NCBI GenBank assembly: GCA_024626585.2
Contig: JANKJI020000004.1
Span: forward strand, 39,859,150-39,883,352
Length of the DNA: 24,203 nucleotides
Direction of reading: 5' to 3'
Source of the DNA: Ginkgo biloba
Lineage: Eukaryota; Plantae; Ginkgophyta
Shown: piece after piece, positions 1 through 10,788 of the stretch
Layout: every line of letters begins with the position of its first letter
How positions within the stretch are numbered: position 1 is the first letter of the stretch
Made by a program: the position numbers and the translations under genes
The notes under the pieces: generated by a model
What the model saw: only the letters and a program-made list of their open reading frames with translations
What the model was told of the DNA's origin: nothing
Database searches by the model: none

Positions 1-76
1 TGGTCATGCAATCTATGAGATCAAAAATCACTAGATCACAACATCGCAATCTAGGCCTTAGATCGTGCACCTTGGT
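1..76. repeat. Terminus of a GATCGC-repeat DNA transposon-like element, truncated by the window edge
   Basis: Clustered GCAATCTA/GATCAC/GATCGT motifs ending in GATCGTGCACCTTG (reverse complement CAAGGTGCACGATC), a CAAGG-type terminus. Confidence 0.35.
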
Positions 77-3000
77 ACCTTTCTTATGGCCTTATGTGCT
101 ATGATGTAACTAGTACCTAGTGCTTTTTGGGCATTGTTTGTGTTTGAAAAAAGTTATTATTAAGAGGAGCGACATCCCACAAGGTAGATTTAGATGTGTG
201 TCCACCTTGCTTGATATGAGGGGTAGTTATAACACATGACGCTTTTGTTCAATTGATGATGACTCAACTTGAGGATGGGGTCATGTCTTTACTCCTTCAA
301 GTGAGCATTCTATTTTTACAGTTTGCAAGGTGTTTGTGGGTGCCCATTGTTCTCATTCTTGTGTGTTGTTTGGTTATGGTTCAGTTGTGGACGCTACTAG
401 TAGTTTTCTTGAGGTATATGTGAGTGGTTGTCAACACTTTATTTAGTAGTTTTGTATTTTCATTAGACTAGTTCAAAAGGGAACTCAATGCGAAAGGATA
501 TTTAGTTCATCCCAATATTAATACTAGGTAGAATGATGATAGGGAGTAGCATGTAGAATGGTCACAACTCTTTGTTGATGACTCTCAATGTGTAGCCAAA
601 GTGAAGTTTGGGTTTGAATCTTTGTTAATGTCATCGCTTTTGTTGGTGGATTTTATCTTCATTGAGAGAATTATTTTTATGTTGGTTGACATTTTGGATT
701 TGGTCAATATATCTCTAATGACTGTCTTTAAGCTTACTAGGGTGGCTGATGTGGGTGAACATGTTGACATGGGTTCTGATGCATGGAGGTGGCCAAGTTA
801 TTGTGTCATTCTCCAAAGGCTACCAATATTAATGGCATTTTTGATTTAGTAGATTAAAGAAATTGTTTTGCATTGGGTCACTTGATTTCTTGTAGTGCAT
901 GCATTTGTATTTTAGAATAACTTACTTTTCAACGGCCATAATGCACACTTTGGAAATGCTTTAAAAAGGTACACAATAAAACTATTCTACTTTTCTGTCT
1001 AAGAGTTTGCAATATTGGCTTCAAGATATTGGTTGTGCCATTAAAGGGACTCATTTATATGGACCATCAATTTTGGTCACACTTGTAGTACGTGGGTTTC
1101 TTGTTATTTCTCAACTTCCCTATCGGGGAAACCATCAATTGTATGGTTAGCCACCAATGGAGTGATGGGGAAAGTTTAGTTTGGCGCAATGGAGTGGCTT
1201 TATGATTGTCATATATAGAGGATACGATGCCTAGTTAGTAAAAAATGAATGGTAGTAATTGTTGGCTGCATTATTGTTAAAAAAGCCTTCGACAAAATTA
1301 GTTATTTTGTTGGCAGCACGATCAACTTCGACTTCTACCCCTAGCGAGCAACGTGCATCTTTCGACATTCCTCCGCGTGTTCCCCTAACTAAGGATGAGG
1401 TGATGACTACTATTTGTCAGTGGAGATGCAATGAGATGGCTTCATATTCCTATACAAGTATTCAACCTATGGTCTAGTCATCTGTCTTTATCTAGTTTGT
1501 TGCATCACTGGATGAGGATTGATCTTAATGAAGCAATACTAGGGTAACGTATTAATCCCTTGTTAGCTTCAAAGTAGAATGTTTCACTCTGGCAGCTGTG
1601 TTTTCTTAGTAAAGTGATTCATTGTATGGTGTTGGAATTGGCATAGATATGTTGTCTCTCTTTGCAACTAGCATTTAGTATCTATGGTGGAAGGACATGC
1701 TTGCAATATTGAATTTGAATTAGATTTTTTAAAATATTTTATTCTTTGGTGGGTATAGGATATTAATGTGATCCTTGATGCATCTAGCCAATTTAGTGGG
1801 CACTTCAAGAAACAAATTCCAGAAGGTCTTGAGGAGGTGGTGATTTAATCGAGTGGTTGGATTTTGGAAGTTGATTGTGCTCTTCAAGATTGGTATACAA
1901 TAGTGGTTAAATTAGGATGGAGTGAGTTGCCTACAGTGGAATTGGCCAAGGAATTGGAGAAAGTAGAGTAGTAATTCATGGCAATATATGTTGAAGCTAT
2001 TAATAAGGGCCATGCTATGGAGATGATGTAAAATGGTTGGATAAGGATTCGAATGGATGAGAATCCTCAAACAAGCGAAAGTGAAAACAAGATTGGGTGT
2101 ACATCAAGGGAAACAAGAATGCTATAAAATCTAGACTGCACAAAAGAATAAACTTCAAAGTCGCAGCATCTCATTAATTGAGTTAAACACCTTAAGTAAA
2201 AACCTGTCAAATACAGTACCCAATTCTTATATACAAANNNNNNNNNNNNNNNNNNNNNNNNNNNNNNNNNNNNNNNNNNNNNNNNNNNNNNNNNNNNNNN
2301 NNNNNNNNNNNNNNNNNNNNNNNNNNNNNNNNNNNNNNNNNNNNNNNNNNNNNNNNNNNNNNNNNNNNNNNNNNNNNNNNNNNNNNNNNNNNNNNNNNNN
2401 NNNNNNNNNNNNNNNNNNNNNNNNNNNNNNNNNNNNNNNNNNNNNNNNNNNNNNNNNNNNNNNNNNNNNNNNNNNNNNNNNNNNNNNNNNNNNNNNNNNN
2501 NNNNNNNNNNNNNNNNNNNNNNNNNNNNNNNNNNNNNNNNNNNNNNNNNNNNNNNNNNNNNNNNNNNNNNNNNNNNNNNNNNNNNNNNNNNNNNNNNNNN
2601 NNNNNNNNNNNNNNNNNNNNNNNNNNNNNNNNNNNNNNNNNNNNNNNNNNNNNNNNNNNNNNNNNNNNNNNNNNNNAGGAGTTAGTACTTTCTTAAGTAC
2701 AAAATGTGCACCATCCTTGTGCTCTTTACATTGCTTCAAATATCAAAATGAGGTAAGATGTGAGAAGTATGAGCAAAAGAAATAGGAAGATTAGGAGAAG
2801 TTGAACCCAATGGGTTCAATGCTAATGCCAATGTTTGAGTTTGAAATTGAGACACAAGAATCACACGTTCGACTATCATGAGTTGGATCTCCCTCTGTTC
2901 TTTCTAATCTGGGTCACTATCAACTACATTTGGTCCATTAGATGCTCAAGCATGCCTTTTGCATAGGTGCTAAGCTTACTCAACTAATCATGTTCCACTT

Positions 3001-5082
3001 TAGAAGGCGTCCGAACTATAAATTGTTGAACAAGTGAAGATGGAGTCAATTAAAATGGGTCTCTATGTTGTGGCTTACAATTTTTGACATAGAGCAAATA
3101 TTGGCTGATGCAACCAAATAAAATGGAATTAAAAAGAAAAAATGCAGTAACCACTTCTCATCAAAAGTGAAGCCATGCTTGAATAATATTAAATTTATTA
3201 AAACCAACAATAGAATGAAATATGCAAGTTTTAATAAATTTCAATACTAACATGGACCTAGTCAAGTGCAAAATATTTATAAAAAAAATGGCTAAAGAAG
3301 TAAAAGGGGAGGTAAAAATATATTGGAGCAACTCATATAGCTACAAACATGCTCTCAATTAAATGCATTGATAAATTTAGGTCCCATGGGCTAAAAAAGT
3401 GTCTCAAATGGACAAAAGAAACCATTAGAATAGTGTTAAACCCCTTCCGTACAGAGCCACGGTCATGTGGACTTCATCCTACGAGCAAGGGCTTTGAAAA
3501 ATAAATTAATAGGTCCCTAACTTAGGGTAAAATTGAATTGAATTTTTTGTAAACATTCGTGGATGATTTTCTCTACGCAACTACGTGACCTGTTGCAGGT
3601 TTGCGATGTGTTTCTAGAATGAATGGGAAGGTCACGGTAGCTCTAGAGGACCTAGAGGAGGAGCAAGTGACTTCAAGCTACCATGGGGGTCACAGAGAAC
3701 ATCAAAAGAAGTTCAAGTGACTACAGAGAGACGTTGAGCAGCGATAGGTTTTGGTATTTGTCTGAGAGGACGCATAGTCTGCCAAGAGCGTAAGAAGTTC
3801 ACCCAACAGAGATAATTAATGGGAGGGGGTTTCCCTACCTCCAAACAATTGTGTAAGCTAATAACAAGGTCTAAAAGAAAAACTTTTGGCATGGGTAGTT
3901 AGTGTTTGCAAAAGGTCCTTAGAAGGAACCATGTTCTTATAGTAATAAATCAGATGTCTAGTGGACTGTTAGATGCCTCAAAGATGATCTCCCTGCCTCA
4001 AGAGGCTGGAAATGCGTAGAAATTCATCTAGCGCAGACTAGAAATGCTACATGTAACCTAGGGCTTGAAACAACCCTTTTCGGAACTATGCAAGTGCTGA
4101 AACATTTNNNNNNNNNNNNNNNNNNNNNNNNNNNNNNNNNNNNNNNNNNNNNNNNNNNNNNNNNNNNNNNNNNNNNNNNNNNNNNNNNNNNNNNNNNNNN
4201 NNNNNNNNNNNNNNNNNNNNNNNNNNNNNNNNNNNNNNNNNNNNNNNNNNNNNNNNNNNNNNNNNNNNNNNNNNNNNNNNNNNNNNNNNNNNNNNNNNNN
4301 NNNNNNNNNNNNNNNNNNNNNNNNNNNNNNNNNNNNNNNNNNNNNNNNNNNNNNNNNNNNNNNNNNNNNNNNNNNNNNNNNNNNNNNNNNNNNNNNNNNN
4401 NNNNNNNNNNNNNNNNNNNNNNNNNNNNNNNNNNNNNNNNNNNNNNNNNNNNNNNNNNNNNNNNNNNNNNNNNNNNNNNNNNNNNNNNNNNNNNNNNNNN
4501 NNNNNNNNNNNNNNNNNNNNNNNNNNNNNNNNNNNNNNNNNNNNNNNNNNNNNNNNNNNNNNNNNNNNNNNNNNNNNNNNNNNNNNNNNNNNNNNNNNNN
4601 NNNNNNNNNNNNNNNNNNNNNNNNNNNNNNNNNNNNNNNNNNNNNNNNNNNNNNNNNNNNNNNNNNNNNNNNNNNNNNNNNNNNNNNNNNNNNNNNNNNN
4701 NNNNNNNNNNNNNNNNNNNNNNNNNNNNNNNNNNNNNNNNNNNNNNNNNNNNNNNNNNNNNNNNNNNNNNNNNNNNNNNNNNNNNNNNNNNNNNNNNNNN
4801 NNNNNNNNNNNNNNNNNNNNNNNNNNNNNNNNNNNNNNNNNNNNNNNNNNNNNNNNNNNNNNNNNNNNNNNNNNNNNNNNNNNNNNNNNNNNNNNNNNNN
4901 NNNNNNNNNNNNNNNNNNNNNNNNNNNNNNNNNNNNNNNNNNNNNNNNNNNNNNNNNNNNNNNNNNNNNNNNNNNNNNNNNNNNNNNNNNNNNNNNNNNN
5001 NNNNNNNNNNNNNNNNNNNNNNNNNNNNNNNNNNNNNNNNNNNNNNNNNNNNNNNNNNNNNNNNNNNNNNNNNNNNNNNNNN

Positions 5083-6020
5083 TAATGCAACACCAATTAG
5101 GCGGCTAGGGAGATTGAACCTGGACTAGGAGAGGAAGAAAGGCCGAGCTCGAGGAGAATCGTTAAAGGGCCTTAATGGCTAAGGGCCGTTAAGCATTAGA
5201 ATTCCTACTTAACACAAAGCCATTGGGGCAGTGACGCTATTGGCACTATGACTGTTGGCACTTAGTTGTTTGAAGCATGGAAACCCTAGTTATAAATAAC
5301 AGGGTTGCAGAAGGAGAAGGGGTTCCATTACTGAATAACTATAGATACGGTAACGGTCTGAGGTATTAGAGCCATGGAGAGTGCTATGGGAGCCATCCAC
5401 TGGTGGAAATAGAGTGTGGAGACATAGAAGAGTGATGTGGGAGCCATTTTATCGGGGGGACATAACAAATCAACAAGAAAACTTGCAACAATAGGAGGTG
5501 ATTGCATACCTGAGGTGTTCAAGGAGTAAGCCATGGAACACAGTGGGAAGTAGTAGAGGGAGCGGAGCAGACCACTGAGAGAGGCAACTCAGGAGGACAA
5601 CATGAATTCTTTCCAGAGGCTTGTTCTGTAGGTGTTGAGTGAGTTCGTTGGAGCCAGGAGTGAAGATTGTCGAGTAGACCATCGAGAGAGGCAACTAGAA
5701 GTGCAGGGCAATGGCCTCGTTGAGTAGAAATTGCTTTTATTGAATTGTGTTGGCCCTTCAATAGTGAGGAAGAGTCGTTGATGGCTAATGTAATGATGCT
5801 TTAATGTTCTAAACATAATGGGAATATGGAGTTTATTCTTTGTGAGGGTTTCTCCAATTAAAACATCGTGTGTTCTTTTTCTCTTGTGTGCACTGCAACA
5901 TTCTTCCCCTCCAGTGGTGTGAACAATGTCGATTTGAAATTCTCTCTGTGTGAATCCATTTTGTTTTAAACACTAACTTATTCTCGTTAAAGTACTAAAT
6001 CATTTTAAATAACTTTGTCA
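5083..6020 (+). mobile_element. LTR-like segment, boundaries uncertain
   Basis: TATAAATA at 5291, a purine-rich R-like stretch and a T-rich U5-like tail ending in TGTCA. The left boundary is hidden in an N gap. There is no second copy or TSD. Confidence 0.35.
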
Positions 6021-6439
6021 GATTCATGTCAAAAGATCTATCCCTAAGGAGAGATTATAGATACAAATGTCTAAGATCCAGTTTGAACATTGGGCTCAAA
6101 CTTGGGAATTGAAAATGTAGGTGCACCATTTGATGCAAATTCTCTATCATCATGGAACTTCAGTGTTGAGGGACATTATGGTGCCTTCTAGAGGTGAATT
6201 GATACCTACTTGAAGGTAAAATATATTCTGCTTAAAAACAAATCAAGGGTAAGAGTGAAGCCATGATAATTTTTTGAAGAATATCCAATGCAGAGCTTGT
6301 GAAAAATGAATTGGATGGATATTGTGGGTTGACACAATGATTGTTCGTCAAGTTTTGGTTGGAAACTTGCAAAGTGTTTTGATGACAGGAAAATCAAGAC
6401 TGAGGGAGTAATTTGTCTTTAATTGAAGAACATACTGAG

Positions 6440-6648
6440 GAGATTGTAGGTTTTGGGGGGTAGATTGCCTAGATTGTAGGTGGAATGCAGTTCTAGTGAT
6501 AGATCATGGAAATCATAGATGGATCACAATTGATTTTGGGGGTAGATCATTGAGATCACAGGTGGATTGCAGCTAGTTTTGTGGTAGATTACAAGAGATC
6601 ACAGTTAGTTTTGGGTAGATCGATTAGCGATCCATCTTATTAAGCATG
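6440..6648 (-). repeat. Subterminal repeat array and terminus of a probable hAT-like DNA transposon
   Basis: About four diverged units of GTTTTGGG(G)GTAGAT(C/T) interspersed with GATCAC/GATCAT/GATTGC motifs (CpG-decayed GATCGC). The array ends in ...TCTTATTAAGCATG. The superfamily assignment is inference. Confidence 0.45.
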
Positions 6649-6653
6649 ACAAA

Positions 6654-7134
6654 TGTAAGTATAACTTAGAAACTTAAATTTTATAGTTTTTAGCGAAAAA
6701 GTAAAATTTTAGAATTCCATTTCTGAACAATAGATTTGTAGGGCTTATAACAACCAAATTGTGAGGAATCAACCTTTGCTTAAAGAAGACAAGTTTTAGC
6801 ATTTTCTGTCTACTTTCCAATGCAACAAACAATTTGTAAAAGAGATTTGTGGTCGAAAAGTTATGCTCAAGATAACAGAAGCATGTTTCTATAATTACGT
6901 GGTTTGAACATGTAAGATGTCATTGCTAGTTATCACATCAAGAAAACGACTGCGGGCGCAATGGTCGGCAAGAATATGTTTTGGTTAATTGTCTTGCCAT
7001 TGTCATGTATCAATATTTACATGTACGGAGGCATAAAAGCTTCCATTTTGTATTGTAACATAATTCTTACTGTTCAAAATTTTGGAATAGAGCTCTACAA
7101 CAAGTTTTAACCATTTCATTCCAATACTTTGACA
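6654..7134 (+). mobile_element. Probable solo LTR (481 bp) of a different family
   Basis: TGTAAG...TTGACA termini flanked by ACAAA at 6649-6653 and 7135-7139, with a TATA-like CATAAAAG at about 7032. The A-rich TSD could be chance. Confidence 0.5.
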
Positions 7135-7508
7135 ACAAACCATTTTACTATAGAGGTAGATACTCCTCTTATGGTGGTTATGGTGTATTAGTGGTACCTA
7201 CATGTGATTCTTTTGATGACATAATGAACACTAATTGATGTGGTATGTATTTAAATGAACAATCTTCTTCCATTTATGCATATTTGCTTATACTTGGTAT
7301 TGTACATGCTAAGCATTAAACAAAATGTCTATATGACTGTGCAAAATTACCAAGCCATAAAATCATCTAAAACCATCAATCAACCTTTCATTGATCTTGA
7401 CTTCTCTCNNNNNNNNNNNNNNNNNNNNNNNNNNNNNNNNNNNNNNNNNNNNNNNNNNNNNNNNNNNNNNNNNNNNNNNNNNNNNNNNNNNNNNNNNNNN
7501 NNNNNNNN

Positions 7509-7831
7509 TATCCACTTGAATCTCTTGGATTTTGCATAGTAATTTTGTTAGTGGTGCGGCCAACTTGTAGAAATTCCATTCAAATTTCCTATAGAAATTG
7601 GCCAATCCAAGGAAACTCCATACTTCATGTACATTAACTAGTGTTCTCCATTCACTCACCACTATGATATTCTTAGGATCCACTACTATTCCTTGTATTG
7701 ACATTATATGCCCAAGATANNNNNNNNNNNNNNNNNNNNNNNNNNGTAGAATTCACAATTGGATAAATTGGCATATATATATATTTTTCTCAGTACTTCC
7801 AAGACCATATGAAGATGCTCCTATTGATCTT
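7509..7831 (-). mobile_element. Decayed Ty3/gypsy reverse transcriptase C-terminal/connection fragment
   Basis: Minus strand reads EHLHMVLEVLRKN.(frameshift)YANLSNCEF [gap] YLGH.MSIQGIVVDPKNIIVVSEWRTLVNVHEVWSFLGLANFYRKF..NFYKLAAPLTKLL. This matches the Ty3/gypsy pattern YLGH.IS..GI.VDP.K...V.EW..P..V.EVRSFLGLA.YYRRF. Confidence 0.9.
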
Positions 7832-8781
7832 TGTAACACCACCGACCCAATATGCAACACTTACAAAGAATTAAGGTGAAGTTGGAAATAAAATTGTACA
7901 ATGTAGATAAAGAGCTTATCAATAAAATAAATGAGAATGCTCCAATTTTTTTCTTGATAGCAGGGGAAAATGAAATTTCTTACCAATCTGAGGAAACTAT
8001 TTGATTTGGAAAAGGTAATGGAATTCACTCCCGTATCACGGTTTTTAGTGAACTCATCTTCCATCCAACTGGCCCTATACAGATGACACGACCCTTTGTG
8101 AGCTTCATGCCCAATTCACAAGTGATAACATGACCTTGTGTAAACCACTAAACGATACTCTATGAGCACCTTAGATTGATTAGATCCCATAAGTAATCAA
8201 TGAAAACAATTACTTAGACTTTGAGCAGTGACCCAACCTCTACTAGGTTGAATGCCCTTGTCCTCTTTAGAACAAACAATTGTCCTCCAATGGCAACAAA
8301 ATACAACAATGTCTTAGCATAAGTGGGCAGGTACATACTTGTACAAATCTGTTATTATAATTACAATAGAAAGCTAAGTTCTCATAAGAAGAAACTTGCA
8401 AAGTAGAAGACTAGGAAATAGTAGATAAGAGATGGAGAATGAATGCCTCCTCCCTCACACTTAGCTTTGTTTAAATAGGAGAATGTGTGATCCAAGGTCT
8501 TCTTGGCTTTTGGCTCTTCACTTCTCCTTTTGTATGTTGGGAGTCCCAACTCCTCTCTAAATGCCTCTTCTTCTTTTCCACTTGGACATTTGACTTCCTC
8601 TTTGAAGTTGGTCTTCAACTGGAGGTACTCGGTTCGAACTAGGTTCAACAAGCGTCGAACCTTCTTCAATATGTATCTTCTTTCTGATACACTCATGCTT
8701 GTATTTCTATTTTTCTTTTCTTTATGTTGAATCATGGTTTCTTCCTTCTTTCTTCACTTTAGTAGTTTCGTGCTTATAATA
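7832..8781 (-). mobile_element. 3' LTR (950 bp) of a minus-strand chromovirus Ty3/gypsy element
   Basis: Begins TGTAACACC and ends TATAATA (TGTAACA in the sister copy). It is directly repeated at 9102-10049. On the minus strand it is immediately preceded by a purine-rich tract and a chromodomain. Confidence 0.85.
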
Positions 8782-8978
8782 TTTCTCCATGCCTCTCGAG
8801 AATCATTGTTCTCAATGAGGCAATATGACCTATAGAATGAGTGAGTTTCCCATGTGGCCTCCTCAATGGGGCAATCAGTCCACTAAACCAAGTGCTCTTT
8901 TATACTTCTGTTTCAAAGTTTTTTGACTTGAGTATCCAAGATCCCATGTGGTTCATGCTCATTTGACTCCATTTCTTG
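8782..8978 (-). mobile_element. Chromodomain (integrase C-terminus) remnant plus polypurine tract of a chromovirus
   Basis: Minus strand reads EHEPHGILDTQVKKL*NRSIKEHLV*WTDCPIEEATWE, matching the plant chromovirus pattern EP..ILD...K.LRNR.I..VLV.W...P.EEATWE. It is followed by GAGAGGCATGGAGAAA abutting the LTR. The rest of the element runs into the 100-N gap. Confidence 0.85.
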
Positions 8979-9101
8979 NNNNNNNNNNNNNNNNNNNNNN
9001 NNNNNNNNNNNNNNNNNNNNNNNNNNNNNNNNNNNNNNNNNNNNNNNNNNNNNNNNNNNNNNNNNNNNNNNNNNNNNNATTTGCAAGAGACACAATCTAA
9101 G

Positions 9102-10049
9102 TGTAACACCATCGACCCAAGTGCAACAATTGCAAAGAATTAAGGTGAAGTGGAAATTAAATTGTACAATGTAGACAAAGAACTTGGCAAGTAAGTAAAT
9201 GAGAATGCTCCAATTTTATTCTTGATGGAAAAGGAAGTAAAAAGTGCTTACCAAAGTGAGGGCAAGGTTTGATTTGGAAAGGACAATGACATTCACTCTC
9301 GTGTCACGATNNNNNNNNNNNNNGCTAGCCAGCCAACCCCATACAGATGACACGACCTTGTGTGAGCTCCACGCCCAACTCACAAGTGATAACATAAGCT
9401 CATGTAAACCACTGAAGGATACTCATTGAGCACCTTAGATTTCTTAGACCCCATAAGCAATCAACGATTACTCAAACTCCATGAGCAATTGCCCAACCTC
9501 GATTAGGGTGAATGCCCTTGTCCTTTCCAGAAAAAAATAGTTGTCCTCCAATGGTAGCATACTATAATGATGTCTTAGCATAAGTGGGCAGGCACATACT
9601 TTGCACAAATCTGCCATTACAATTTAATAATAGAAAGCTAAGTTCTCCTAAGAAGAAGCTTGCAAACTAGAAGAATAGAAAAGAGAAGATAACAGATGGA
9701 GAATGAATGATCCTCNNNNNNNNNNNNNNNNNNNNNNNNNNNNNNNNNNNNNNNNNNNNNNNNNNNNNNNNNNNNNNNNNNNNNNNNNNNNNNNNNNNNN
9801 NNNNNNNNNNNNNNNNNNNNNNNNNNNNNNTGCCTCTTCTTCTTTTTTACTTGCACATTTGACTTTTCTCTTTGAAGTTGGTCTTCGACTGGAGGTACTC
9901 AATTCAAACCAGGTTCAACAATTGTCGAACCTTCTTCAACATGTTTATTCTTTCCAATACACTCAGGTTTGCATTTTAGTTTCTTTTCTTTATGCTGAAT
10001 CATGATTTCTTCCTTCTTTCTTCGCTTTAGCAATTTCGTGCTTGTAACA
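9102..10049 (-). mobile_element. Solo LTR (948 bp as assembled) of the same chromovirus family
   Basis: Termini TGTAACA...TGTAACA, flanked on both sides by CTAAG (9097-9101 and 10050-10054), a 5-bp TSD. No PBS or PPT is adjacent. It is colinear with 7832-8781. Confidence 0.88.
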
Positions 10050-10742
10050 CTAAGAGGCAAACTGAGAACAAACATATACGTTACTTCCTTCTAGCATGTT
10101 ACTAAAGTCATTGGACTAAAAGCTACCCCCAGATATTCACAACACTATCCATATTTCCACAAGGAACTGCTCCATACTATGGACTACTCAATAGTTGACC
10201 TAGATACCTAGCAGTCCTTCCCAAAGTACCTCTAGACTCATAGCTTGCAATCGAGGTTACACGACTCACACATCCAATAGGCCTTCCCAGAGGATTTCTA
10301 GAACCATAGCTTCTAGTCAAGGTACCAATACCAAATACTTCACTTCTTTGAGAGGGACTATAGCTTTGGATGGTAGGAAAGGTACTTCCCTCACTTTTAT
10401 GGCCACCATACTGCCTCCTAGAGTCACACAATAGATATCAATGGCAGTAGAATTATTACCAGATGATATTCTGAGACAGATTTTGAAGCAATTTAAAGTG
10501 GTAGATGGAGAAAGCATCGCATGATAGTCAGGTCAAGCCCCATGATACTCAGGCCTTTAAATTCTATGTTTTATAGTTGTCTTTTAGCCTCATAATTGTA
10601 CATGACTAAACATTTATGCATTATTTTGTGCCTTTCATTTAAATAGAGTGGAGTTGCCTTATGCACTCCCTTTGCTCTTTACACATGATGTGACTCTAGT
10701 CTCATTGACCGCTTTTGGTCATTTGCGGACACAAATATACTC

Positions 10743-10788
10743 TGTGTGTGTGTGTGTGTGATACAGACATGTGCATGCACACACACAC
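10743..10788. repeat. (TG)9 microsatellite facing a (CA)n tract
   Basis: (TG)9 at 10743-10760, a spacer containing the palindrome GTGCATGCAC, then CACACACACAC. Confidence 0.85.

Noticed and set aside
1645-2097. Protein-like reading frame with six stops
   Set aside because: No recognisable motif, and the stop density is not clearly lower than chance for AT-rich DNA.
2098-2730. Possible solo LTR TGTACA...TTTACA
   Set aside because: It is mostly gap and the flanks match only 3 of 5 (TTGGG versus TTGCT). An alternative exact TTGGG match at 6090 has no supporting LTR pair.
2227-5128. Long ORFs in the track (2227-2739, 4086-5096, 4088-5128; likewise 16849-17332 and other X-rich ORFs)
   Set aside because: They are artefacts of translating through N gaps.
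3591-5900. Perfect inverted termini TGTTGCA...TGCAACA
   Set aside because: The flanks (TGACC versus TTCTT) give no TSD and the span includes a 975-N gap, so chance is likely.
6440-6640. CRISPR-like repeat-spacer appearance
   Set aside because: The units are degenerate and irregular, the spacers share motifs, the context is eukaryotic, and there are no cas genes.
8382-8735. 117-aa and 75-aa ORFs
   Set aside because: They lie inside the LTR, have no recognisable domain, and the frame is not evidently preserved in the sister LTR.
7832-10049. A single TRIM/LARD-like mini-retrotransposon bounded by two LTRs
   Set aside because: The outer flanks differ (ATCTT versus CTAAG), the right LTR has its own TSD, and there is no PBS.
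10055-10530. Possible gag C-terminal/zinc-knuckle remnant on the minus strand
   Set aside because: Only a vague G/S/R-rich composition and an incomplete Cys pattern; not supportable.
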